Shown piece after piece: positions 1 to 11,699 of a stretch of DNA of 64,000 nt. The notes under the pieces were generated by a model. The model searched no databases. It saw nothing but the letters and a program-made list of their open reading frames with translations, and had not been told where the DNA came from. Numbering within the stretch: the first letter of the stretch is position 1; every line of letters begins with the position of its first letter. The position numbers and the translations under genes were made by a program. Origin of the DNA: Mobula hypostoma (taxonomy: Eukaryota); the NCBI RefSeq assembly GCF_963921235.1, contig NC_086108.1, forward strand, positions 71,674,001 through 71,738,000, in the 5' to 3' direction.

Positions 1-1415
1 ATTTTGTGGGGACAATCTCATACACAGCTGTTTTAATAAAGTCTTTAACAACCCTGGTGTCGTCATTCAGGCCTTCAGAGGTGTTCTTGAACACGGCCCA
101 GTCCACTGGCTCAAGTCAGTCTTATAACTGTTCCCCTGTCTCCTGTGACCAGCTGTTAGTTGTCTTGATGTCTGGAGCCTTGCTGTTTAAGCTCTGTCTA
201 TATGCAGGTAGTAGGAGTACAGCCAAATGATCCCTCTTACCAAAATGCAGTCGTGGGAAGGAGCGTTGAAGCATTCCTTATTGTAGTGGAACAGTGGCTT
301 AGTATGTTAGGACCTCTGGTGCAACAGGGCACCTGCTGTTGATAATTGGGCAGGATTTTCTTCAAACAGGGCTGGTTGAAGTCGCTGACTATAATTCGAA
401 ATGTGTCGGATGGGCATTTCTGGTTTGCAGACAGCACCGTGCAGTTTTGCGAGTGCTTGCTTATAGTCGGCTGCTGGTGGTATATAAACTGTGGTCAGGA
501 TCATGGATGCGAACTCCTGAGGCAAGTAGCATAGCTTACATTTAATCATTAGTTGTTCTAAGTCAGGGCGACAAGAAGTGACATAACCCCGACATCCATG
601 CTCCAACGAGAATTGACTCAAAAGCGCATGCCACCACCTCTTTCCTTGCCAGAGTTTGAGGTTTGATTCATTCTGAAAATTGTAAAACCTTCTGGTCAGA
701 TAGCTGCATCCGGTGTGTTCACTGTTAGCCGAGTAAAGCAATAAACATTTGAGATCTGTCTTTGATACAGCAGCCTTTCCCTGAGATCGTCAGTCTTACT
801 TTTTTTTTGGCATATGCCTGCGTGCGTGCGAGTCTGCATCTGCGTGTGTGTGTGCGTCCGTGATGATGTCTTTTTTCATGGCTTTTACAAGGCGCAGAAT
901 GAGAGAGAGCGCCCCACTCCTCACACAGACATTTTCGCAGTATTTTCCCTTTTTATTTTACGAGCTTGAGTTGTGATCTTGACATTCAACCCGGCACGGA
1001 TGGAAAGCGTACTCGGGAGCGGACCCGACCGGCTTTGAACCCGGGAACTTCCGCTCCCGGGTCAGGCGCTGATGTCATTGTGCCACCAGCCTTATTTTCA
1101 AGTGACTGTACATTCACCAACAAGATGCTCAGACGGGGAGGCCTCCTTCCCCATGCTTCAGCCAGGTTTGAATCCTGCCTGTCCTGCATTCTTGGCCATG
1201 GCCATAGCATTGACCCTTAAAGGTGCCGTGCTTAACTGCTTGGCATTTAACTCTTGAATGTGAGGGCTGAAGATCATTGATGGAGTTTCGTAGTCTGTTG
1301 CTAAGAGGAAATTTACATGTTAGATTGCAGTGAAAGTAGATCAAAAGCAGTATATTTTAAGAGGAAAATTTCCAGCGGCCCGCAGAGAGTCCGGTGTACA
1401 CTGGCGCCATCTTGG
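1..1415 (-). mobile_element. Rex1/Babar LINE, 5' part with degraded APE endonuclease domain, interrupted by a SINE
   Basis: Minus-strand peptides LSILLVNVQSLENK / KTDDLRERL and CKLCYLPQEFASMILTTVYIPP match the Rex1 EN pattern (CRPFYLPREF..AVYIPP). CAAGATGGCG lies near the 5' end (~1405-1414). Confidence 0.8.
800..1091 (-). mobile_element. tRNA-derived SINE with (GCAC)n-rich segment and A-tail
   Basis: Minus-strand head GGCTGGTGGCACAATGACATCAGCG...GGGTTCAAAGCC (A/B boxes), oligo-A tail, and imperfect TSD CTTACTTT (795-802) / CTTATTTT (1091-1098). Confidence 0.75.
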
Positions 1416-2541
1416 CTCATCTTAGACTTGATAAGATAAGTTCTGCTGAGGTGTTCTAAATTGATTTGATTACACTTTTGACTGATTTTTAAATCTTCTA
1501 AAACATCTATCTTAATATTTGATTGGCTGAGTGTGTGTGGTCATTTAAGCCATTGATCCAATTCAGTGCTCGAGAATGTTCCCTGTTAATGTGTGTCGAC
1601 TGATTATTTGACTGAAATTTTTTTTACCATTTCAATCTCCTAAAAAGAAGCTCATTTGGGAATAGCGGAGGAATATGCTGCTCATTTTATGTGTGTTTGG
1701 TGAATCATGAGCATGATTTAGAACAACTTGTAACTTCGATGCATCTTTTCCTTTATCTTCCTACACTTTTTCTACCTCTTGTAGATTTTGGAACAATGTC
1801 TCACAAGCTGAACAACATATCATAGAGTTTGTGAACCATGAAACAAATTCCTGCATCCTACTCCCATTATTTGAAATTACAATAGTGTTTTATCATAGCT
1901 TTGCAAAACAAATAGGACTACCTTCCATGGGCATCTTGGTGAGCATGGACAAGTTGGGCTGAAGAACTTTTCTACATTCCTCTGATAAAATGGAAAAATC
2001 TAGGTTTAAAAATCGAGATCTGTATATTTTCTCATGTTTGTTAAAAACTGCGGAGCTCTGTTGCTACAAATGATAATTTCATTGCTGGTATTCTTAATTG
2101 GCACTTGTTTTAAAATAATTCTATTATAAAATATTTGGATGGCATATTGTAAACTGTGCTAAAGACCTTTTATGTGTTGCTGCATTGGCATTGTTGGTCA
2201 CAATGCTCTTTGTCCATGCAAACTGGAGGCCAAATGGTTGGTCTGAAGACTGAAACTTTTGTTAGAAGTTATTTTGATGGCATAGTTGAATGATTCTTCT
2301 GGTTGGGTCAGATTAACATTTGAGATGTTTCAAGCAGCTGGTCCACTGCAGAGATTGTTTGAAGGATGCCAAAAAGGATTTAAAAATAAAACAATGAATG
2401 CTGTTTTGTTGAGAGATGTATTGATTTGTACCTTGATCGCAATTTCAGTTTTATTACAGAACAAATATCACACATATAAATTCTGATATTTTTGTGTAGT
2501 CGTCACCAGGATAACACAGAATATTATGTTTATTTTAACAG

Positions 2542-2612
2542 CTAAAAGATAATAAAGTGTATGATATCCCAGTAGCAGTAATAGCAGGGAACAGGCCTAA
2601 CTACCTTTACAG
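2542..2612 (+). CDS. POMGNT1: POMGNT1 coding exon, first in window (71 nt): LKDNKVYDIPVAVIAGNRPNYLYR
   Basis: acag|...|gtgaga boundaries; peptide matches POMGNT1 VPVAVIAGNRPNYLYR. Confidence 0.97.
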
Positions 2613-3327
2613 GTGAGATTACTTATTGTTAATGTGGTTCATGCAGATGATAATTGAATTGAAAATACATGTATTTAATTTGTTTGTTAATGTTAACATG
2701 AGTATTTCAACATATCCTTATTTCATTGTTTTGCTATATTAAGAATATATTTCAGAATTCTATGGTTCCTGTCTCATGTACAGGTAGTTGTGTATCATCC
2801 TGATCTATGGCTATCTAGCTAACAACAGGTCTGGAGATTTCTAATTCTTCCTGTTAAAGGACATTTGACTGAATAGTCAGGCTATATATGAATTAGAGAG
2901 TACGAAATAGAGACTCTCAGAGATTATATTCATGAAGATTTAATAAGATGTTGGGAGAATATCTATACTTGGGAGTCACTGATGGGAGGTGTCATTGTTT
3001 TTAAAATGTCTCTGGAAAGGCTTTATGCATAACTTTTTTGCAGCTTGGAATGTTTTGCCATGAGAATTGGGGCAATGGAGAAAATCTTGTGGCATTGGAA
3101 GTTGAAAAAGATTCTGGTCTATGGGCACACACATAACAGTGGCTGATTTTTGGACTGCCTTCTCTGCAAACCAGGTCCAATTCTAGTTGGTCTAAAATAA
3201 AATCCTGAATTTTTTTAAATTTTTGATTTGTTTTAAGTCCCCAAGATTTTAATATATCCAAATGTATCTGATTAGGAGAGATGATAAAATAAACCGCAAT
3301 TTTGAATGTAGCTTTGCTTTTTTGCAG

Positions 3328-3403
3328 GATGTTGCGTTCATTACTATCTGCACAGGGTGTGAATCCAGAGAAAATCATTGTTTTCATTGATGGCTACTAT
3401 GAG
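3328..3403 (+). CDS. POMGNT1: POMGNT1 exon (76 nt): [25 protein letters not shown]
   Basis: tttgcag| and |gtgaga; phase-compatible with neighbouring exons. Confidence 0.97.
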
Positions 3404-3917
3404 GTGAGAATTTACTTTATTCAAAAGAATAGGTGTACATAAATCAAACCCTCTGAAAATGTAATATCCAAATGAACTATTTTTCCTTTTTCTCTATAGC
3501 ACAGATAAACTTAACTGTATTCTGATTCACTTTTGATTCTTTATGGAGATATTTAGAATATTAATGTTTTTGTAAGTGCAGAGAAAATCTGATTATTATT
3601 AGAGAGATAATAAGAATTCTATTGTGCTCATCCTAAAGAGGTGTGAGTAACCAAACTGCTTTATTTATACATGTTTCTACTCTCTCACCTTTGGTTACAA
3701 TATCTCTTCCAAAGCCAGACCCCAGGTTTCATATCCAAACTGCAGTGTTCAAATATGTTCTTTGTTTTGGTTTGATATTATTCCGATTGATATTTAATAA
3801 AATAAATTATAATATGCTAGACATGGTATTTTCTTCAGGTTTAAAAATAAAATGAAAATTATATAATTTCAAGTAAATCTGTGCTTTAATGTTCGATGTT
3901 TCTCTTCCCTCTTTTAG

Positions 3918-4001
3918 GAGCCAATGGATGTGGTAGAACTCTTTGGCTTGAAAGGTGTTCAGCATACTCCCATTAGTATTAAAAATGCTCGAGTGTCACA
4001 G
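3918..4001 (+). CDS. POMGNT1: POMGNT1 exon (84 nt): [28 protein letters not shown]
   Basis: cttttag| and |gtaaca; peptide match. Confidence 0.97.
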
Positions 4002-4327
4002 GTAACAGTTTAAAGTTTTAGTAATCTGCTTGCCTTCTCTATTTTCTTTGTCTACTAGCAGTTCAAGTAGGATCCTTTTCCATCAGTGTTTCCTGATTTT
4101 AATAGTTCAAAGGACACAAACAATGATGAATTAAAATCTGAACTGCTTGTGCTGCTGAATGAAGACAACTTCATTTGTCTTCAAAGACAACTTCATTTAC
4201 AAAAAGAAGGACCACTGTAACTGTACTTGTTAGTGTTGTTAACTTACTGTATATAAAGAGGATGGGTTTTGTCTATTAACCCTGATCAGCACTTGTATTT
4301 CTTTGTAACTTCTTTTTCTCTTCACAG

Positions 4328-4369
4328 CATTACAAAGCCAGTTTGACAGCCACTTTCAATTTACATCCG
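4328..4369 (+). CDS. POMGNT1: POMGNT1 exon (42 nt): HYKASLTATFNLHP
   Basis: ttcacag| and |gtaagt; peptide match. Confidence 0.97.
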
Positions 4370-5049
4370 GTAAGTAGTGAAACCATTCTGTACAAGATTC
4401 TTTTAAAGTGTAAACTACTATGGCCCACTTAGGACTCAATCCTACAGGTAAGTATTGATGATTCCAAATGGAATTTCCAGCATTAATCTGTTTAAATGGA
4501 ATCAAGTTGGGGGGCTTCGTGTGTGTAAAGTCCTGAAGTTACTGATCGATTTGTAATGCAGTTTTCTCCATCACTGGACTCAGTTATCTTGTTCACATTC
4601 CGAGGTGTCTCAGATCCTGTGCTAGATTAGACCCCCCTCTCACTGAAATCAATGTGGGCATGTTAATAATAATGTGAAAGAGAGGGCAAAATCTTTTTTT
4701 ATTTATTATTTGATTTTGTTTGTTTTAAGTGTTTGCAGCAAATGTTTTTAAAAGTATTTTTAAATGTTTGTAGTTTCATCTTTAGTAGTTTTCCAAAAGT
4801 TGCACTTAATATTCATTTTTTCCAAATTGACTAAGTTGCTAGTTTACAGTACCATTTGCTTGCATTTGGCCAATATTCTAAACCTTTCCTATCCATGTAC
4901 CTCTGCATATGTCTTTTAAAAATTGTAATTGTACTTGTACTTGCCTCTACCAAAGCCAATATGCACTGTGTTTTGGAGAGAATCTTGCTGCTCAGATTCT
5001 ATTTAAATCTTTCCCCACTCACCTTTAATCTACACACTTTAATTCCTTA

Positions 5050-5395
5050 TGCTGGGAAATACATTCTCATAATTTTATAAGCCTCCATGGTTATCCCTGA
5101 ACATGATTCATTCCAGGGGAAATGGTCAAATCCTATCCCATCGCTCCTTATAACTCAAACACTCCAGTCTAGGCAACAGTCCTGTGAATCCTATTTGTGT
5201 TCTCAGGAGCTTGATCATATCCTTTCTCTGGCGTAGCAACCAAAACTGCACAGAGTACTCCCAGTAGAGTCTAACAAATAATTTGTACATTTCTACCAAG
5301 ACATTCCAACTCCCATACTCAGTGTCTCAGCAGATGAAGGTGACAAGCATTCCTTACTCCTTCACTACTTTGTCTACCTGTGCTGCTCTTTTCGG
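5050..5395 (-). mobile_element. Old CR1 LINE fragment (RT C-terminal region)
   Basis: caaaactgcacagagtactccc is the reverse of the CR1 LEYCVQFW coding motif; heavily decayed. Confidence 0.55.
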
Positions 5396-5619
5396 GGAAT
5401 GAGATGCCAAAAAAAACAACTGTTGGAAGAACTTAGTGGGTTGAGCCAGCATCTAGTTTGGGGGGGGGGTGGGAGTGGTAGTGGGGAAGAGGAGCGAATA
5501 GAGTGCAGAGTACTGACTCGAAATGTCACCAATTCCTTCAGCCAGAATGAATGTATACGTTTGCACACATACGCACACACCGGTCTCTTGTGTTTCCCGC
5601 TGCTGCCACATAACAACAA

Positions 5620-6545
5620 TTGGGAGACCACAGTCAGTGCGGATTGGAAATAACATCTTCTCTTTGCTGACTGTCATCACCTGCAGACCTCAAGGATATG
5701 TGCTTAGCCCTCTGTGCTATTCTGTCTATGCCCATGATTGTGTGGCCAGGCGCAGCTCAAATGCCATCTATAAATTTACTGATGACACAGCAATTGTTGG
5801 CAGAACTTCAGAAGATGATGAGAAGGTGTACAGGAGTGAAGGTGGATCAACTGGTTGAGTGATATTGCAACAACAAACTAGCACTCAAAGTGAGTAAGAC
5901 CAAGGGATTGATTGTGGACTTTGGGAAGGGTAAGTTGAGCAAACACACCAGTCCTCATCGAGGGATCAGCAGTAGAAAGGGTGAGCAATTTCAAGTTCCT
6001 GGGTGTCAACTTCTCTGAAGATCTATCCTGGGCCCAACCTATTCATGCAATTACAAAGAAGGCACAACGGTGTATATATTTCATTAGGAATTTGTGGAGA
6101 TAAAGTTAGTATAATTATTGAAATGTATCACAATATGTGCCAGTACAAGAAAATGCGAAGTCTGAGGAAACTTGGTATATCATGAAAGACTCTCAAAAAA
6201 TTTCTGCAAATGTTCTGCGAAGTGCATTCTAACTGGTTGCAACACCTTTCTGGTATGGAGGGGCCACTGCGCAGGATCGGAAAAAGCTGCAGAAAGTTGC
6301 AAACTCAGCCAAGTCCATCATAGGCACTCGCCTCCCTACTGTTGAGATCTTCAAAAGACGAAGCCTCAAAAAGCAACATCTATCATTAAGAACTCACATC
6401 AGCCCTCTTCTCATTGCTACCATTACGGAGAAGTACAGGAGCCTGCAGACAGACTCAATATTTTAGAAACAGCTTCTTTTTCTCTGTGATCAGATTTCTG
6501 AATGGACAATGAATCCATGTATACTACCTCACAATTTCTTTATTT
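5620..6545 (+). mobile_element. Rex1/Babar LINE 3' fragment
   Basis: PQGYVLSPLCYSVYAHDCVARRSSNAIYKFTDDTAIVG (RT motifs), with frameshifts. Confidence 0.85.
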
Positions 6546-6619
6546 TTTTGCGGTAGTTATTTAGTTTATATGTATATATACTATATGTGTTTGTATGTGC
6601 ATATGTATATATGTGTGTG

Positions 6620-7935
6620 ATCAAGTGCATCTTCAAATTTTGTGGGAGGCTAGAGAAGTAGTAGAGGAGGCCCTTGTGGTGAAGTTTGCTTTATCATTAG
6701 CCACTGGTGAAGTTCCTGTAGGCTTGAAAGTGGCTTGTGTTGTTTCATTATTTAAAAAGGGTAGCAAGGGAAACCAGGGGACTACAGGCCAGTCAGGCTG
6801 ACATCATTGGTGGGAAGTTACTGGAGGGAATTCTGAGGGGGCAGGATCCACCAGCAGGGTCTGACTAGAAGGAGTCAGCATGACTTTGTGCGTCGAAAGT
6901 TGTGCTTGACGGATTTGAGTTTTTTTTTGAAGAGGTAGCTGAAGAAGGTTCAGAGTAGGGCAGTGGATGTTATCTGTTTGGACTTCAGCAAAATCTTTGA
7001 CAAGGTCCTCAGTGGTAGGCCGTTCTGGAAGGTTAAGTCCAGGCACTACTAGTTAGATAGATTGAAGGTAGGAGGCAGAGGGTAGTGATTGAAGATTGTT
7101 TCTCTGAATGGAGGCAGTAACTGGTTGTGTGCTGTAGGGGGTCAGTATTGGGAACTTTGCTATTCATTTCTTAGATAAATGTCTTGTTTCTGAATGCACA
7201 AGGTTTGATCAGTAAGTTTGTGGGTGACATAAAGTTAGGAAGTGTTGCTAAGACCATAAGACACAAGAGCAGATTTAGGCCATTTAGCCCATTGAGTCTG
7301 CTCTGCCATTTCATCATGGCTGACTTATCCCTCCCAACCCCATTCTCCTGCCTTTTCCCTGTAACTTTTGATGGGGAAATGGGCTGTGAAGTGGTAAATG
7401 GTTTTCAGTATAGATTTCCAAAATGCATTGTAAAGTCAAGTCCTCATAGGACTTGCAGTATGATTGCTAGGGCACTAGGTACTGAAATAGAGGGACTTAG
7501 GAGTACAAGTACGCAGTTTATTGAAAGCTGCATCAGAGGTGAATAGGGTAGTGAAAAAGGCATTGGCATGCTGGCTTTATCAGCCAGGACATTATGTTGC
7601 AGTTGTATAAACTGTTGGTAAGGCTGCATTTGGATACCATGTACAGTTCTGTTATAGGAAAGATCTGGTTAAACTGGAAGGGGTGCAAAAAGGATTTACA
7701 GAAATATTTCTAGGATTAGAGGGTCTGAGTTATAGGGAGAGTTGGCCAGGTTAGATCTTTATTCCTTGGAACATTGGAGAATGAAGGATTATCTTATAAA
7801 AGGGTATAAATATTGAGAGGCATGGGTAAGGTGGATGGTAATAATTTTTTATCCCCCAAGGAGTGCAAAATCTGGTGCAAAGATTTAGGATGAGAGGGGA
7901 AAGATTTAAAATGATGAGGGAGCTTTGTTACATCA
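6620..7935 (+). mobile_element. Degraded CR1 LINE (RT region), with an inverted CR1-type 3' tail at ~7250-7370
   Basis: SLATGEVP..ACVVSLFKKG, DFSKIFDKV and ISKFVGD-type motifs. Confidence 0.8.
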
Positions 7936-8073
7936 AGGATCTTATCAGTCCTGGATGATTGGTATTTGACGTTTCTGTTCTTTGGTAGTGGTTAAAACAC
8001 TACCTTTTAATATTTTTAAATTAATTTGCCATTGCATAATATTCTCCTGTTTATTTTTTGTATGGTATCCTAG

Positions 8074-8132
8074 GATGCAAAGTTTACTGTGGTACTTGAG
8101 GACGACTTGGATGTCTCAGTGGATTTTTTCAG
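8074..8132 (+). CDS. POMGNT1: POMGNT1 exon (59 nt): DAKFTVVLEDDLDVSVDFFS (metal-binding motif)
   Basis: tcctag| and |gtgagt; peptide match. Confidence 0.96.
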
Positions 8133-8207
8133 GTGAGTACAAAAATTTTTCCTGTTTCAAATGGGAAACAATGTAAGTTAGTTTTGTAAGGTATTGATTT
8201 ACTTTAA

Positions 8208-8549
<342 letters not shown>

Positions 8550-9019
8550 TGAAAGATTTGTTTTGCATCTGAAGGGTGTGAAAACTCCTGACACTGCCAG
8601 GTGAATGCCAAGTTTAATCTATCTCTGGAGAAATTCTTCATTTTAATTGGAAGTCTAAATTCTAAATGTTCATGGAGGTGCTGGATAAATGTCCTTCCTT
8701 CAAATTCAGTATAAGGCCATGTAAACCAAGCAAGTTCCGTATGTTCTTGCTCCATTCTAAAAGGGAGAAACCATTTATTTTCTGTCACTTTTTTGTATCC
8801 ACAAAAATCTGGAACATTGTAAATATGAAGCAAGAGAAGGGTAACCTCAGATTTTGTGGTCACCCAGATGATTAGCCTAAGCATTCTTCCAAATCCCATG
8901 TAAAAGACTAAAGTGTTGCTCCTGTATCTGGAATAATTCCCCATCAAAATGGTGGTTCAGAAATTAAAAGAATGGGTGTTTGGGCAAGGAGTTGGCATTT
9001 CAACTCCTCTACTTTATTA

Positions 9020-9420
9020 AGAATTTGCATAGGTTCAGCATGTCACCAAAAACTTTGATAGACTTTTATCGATGTACAGTGGAGAGTATCCAAAATGGCT
9101 ACATCTCCTAGTATGGAATTATCAATGCCCGGGAATGAAGAAGACGACAGAAAGTAGTGGATACAGCCCAGTCCATCACAGGCCTTCCCACATGGAGTAC
9201 TGCTACAGAAAAAGAAAGAACCCATCATCAAAGACCCCAACCATCCAGGCCATGCTGTCTTGCTACTACCATTGGGCAGGAGTTACAGAAGCCTTGGGTC
9301 CCACAGTGTTTCCATAAATTCTATGGTATTTATTTACTTTCCCTGTAATTTCCTGCAAGAAAATAATCTCAAAATAGCATATGTTAACATACTTTGATAA
9401 TAAGTTTACTTTGAACTTTT
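9020..9420 (+). mobile_element. Rex1/Babar 3' end fragment
   Basis: Decayed C-terminal coding region followed by an AATAA..TTTACTTTGAACTT tail, like other Rex1 ends in the window. Confidence 0.65.
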
Positions 9421-9619
9421 GATCAAACTACAGAAAAACATATATAAATAAAAGATGAATTTTCTGTTGTATGTCCTTTATAATTCCATTGTTTGATCTC
9501 ACTACCTTCCTTCTCAGTGAAGAACATGAAAGTAAAAATGATCATTTCACTGTACAGTACAATTCCCGTTTGATCTCCCAATGCTGCTTCTGCTGTATTT
9601 GTAGCTTTGAAACACTACC

Positions 9620-10190
9620 TAATTTCCCAGTGGCCACACATTTTAATTCCACATCCCATTCCCATTCTGATATGTCTATCCATGGCCTCCTCTACTGTAA
9701 AGACGAAGCCACACTCGGGCTGGAGGAACAACACCGTATATTCCATCTGGGTAGCCTCCAACCTGATGACATGAACATTGACTTCTCTAACTTCCGCTAA
9801 TGCCCCACCTCCCCCTCGTACTCCATCCATTATTTATTTATTTATATACACACATTCTTTTTCTCTCTGTCCTTCTCACTATACCCCTTGCCCATCCTCT
9901 GGGTTTTCCCCCCCTCCCCCTTTTCCTTCTCCCTAGGCCTCCTGTCCCATGATCCTCTCATATCCCTATTGCCAATCAACTGTCCAGCTCTTGGCTCCAT
10001 CCCTCCCCCTCCTGGCTTCTCCTATCATTTCGGATCTCCCCCTCCCCCTCCCACTTTCAAATCTCTTACTAGCTCTTCCTTCAGTTAGTCCTGACCAAAG
10101 GTCTCGGCCCGAAACGTCGACTGTACCTCTTCCTATAGATGCTGCCTGGCCTGCTGCCTTCACCAGCAACTTTGATGTGTGTTGCCGAAT
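9620..10190 (+). mobile_element. Penelope-like element 3' end (GIY-YIG C-terminus plus terminal repeat with hammerhead motif)
   Basis: PVATHFNSTSHSHSDMSIHGL...LEEQHRIFHLGSLQPDDMNIDFSNFR*; near-identical to 28590-29240. Confidence 0.9.
10087..10122 (+). ncRNA. Degenerate minimal hammerhead ribozyme (PLE-associated)
   Basis: AGTC-CTGACCA-AAGGTCTCGGCCC-GAAAC-GTC-GACT: stem I AGTC/GACT, core CTGANGA with one G>C change, stem II, GAAA, GTC cleavage triplet. Confidence 0.7.
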
Positions 10191-11699
10191 TTATCTATCA
10201 CCTCTTCATCTGCAACACTTGCAGCTCCACTTAATTTGCTGTACATTCTGCATTGAACTGCTGCTGCTGTTAACAAATTTCACGTCACATGCCGGTGATA
10301 ATAAACCCGATTCTGATTCTGAATTTGGTTTTGAGCTTCAGTTTGCTAGCTGACATTATCTAAGTGAAAACTATTTGCAACAGTTTCTCCCATTTTCCAT
10401 CCTTCCACAACCCAAAATGTTCAACGTGACTTTGATAAAAGTTCCCCTTTCTCATTACAGGTGCATTTTTCCTGCGTCCTTTGCATATTTGCTATGCCAG
10501 ATTTTTCCACGATTTCCCCGTTTGATTTCAGACAGACATATTTCCCTCATTTCTGCTTTGCCATAACTAATTCTTCTTTTACCCTCCTATAGCCTTTGTG
10601 TGTGACAGTGGGTGCGTTCTTCTCTATTCATTCCAATTGTTCAAATCTCTAGACTGCTCTTGCTCAATTCCGTCCTGATTTGTAAGCAGCGTCTCTCCTA
10701 ATGACTTCCCTTTCCACACCTGTAACACTGTACCATGCCTCCTGTAAGGAGGGAGTCATGTTTTCTGTCTCCTTTCTTTTGGTTTGAGTTTCAGCATTCA
10801 CATGTGGGAATGAAAGGACAAAGCTGCATTTAAATGCCGTGATGGCCTGTGACTTGGATGGAATTGCAGATGTTACCATTCATGTGCATCAGCTATGTTT
10901 GTCCTTGTTGATAGTGATTTTTTTTTAAATGGTGGAAGCTTTCATAGAAATTTGAGTTGATAGAGCGCATTGAATAGAACGGTGCATACGAAGAGTCAGA
11001 TTATGTTGCTGCATTGGGGAATAAATGAATAGGCAGTGGTTCAGTTGACATCAACCAAGCTGCTTTGTCTTAGATTGCTGAGCATCTGGATTGTTATTGG
11101 CATTGCACTCATCAGGCAGGAGGAGAGTATTTTGCCACATGTGTGTCTTGAAGATGCTTGGAAGGCTATGCAGGCCAGAAGGTTAACTAACTACTGGTCT
11201 TCTAATTGCAGTATTGGTGGCTTGTTCAGCTAGTCTCTGGCTCCTCGGGGAGATTTGGTGATGGTAATGATGTCAAATGCAAGGGGAGATGGTATCTCTC
11301 TTACCTGGCACTCCTGGGGTTCACCTGGTTACCTATCAGCTGGGACATGAATATGACCAGATATAGCTGCATGCAACCAGGGATTGCTTCATTTTTCTGA
11401 GGGGCTGTATGTAAAGTTCAATTTCTAAACTTGTAATGGAGGAAACAACAGAAGACCGATGTTTGTAGCACATTATGTTTGAATGCTCTGAAATATATTC
11501 TGCAGTTGAATATTGAGGATCCCACTCATCCCAAAATCTCTTTAACTCACTACTGTCAGAAGGGAAGTTCAAGAGCATCAGGACTAGGACTGCTAGACTG
11601 GGTAACATTCTGTGTATCAGTTCCCCGGGAGATGTTGGATTGTGCAAATTGGGTATTTGACAAGGGCCAATAAAAAGAAGTTAGTTTTAAGTGGAGTGG

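Noticed and set aside
1745..1830. Strong acceptor (~1784) as an upstream POMGNT1 exon
   Set aside because: The downstream sequence does not encode the expected POMGNT1 peptide; that exon must lie before the window.
3001..3387. 128-aa minus-strand ORF
   Set aside because: Antisense to a POMGNT1 exon and intron, with no motif; probably spurious.
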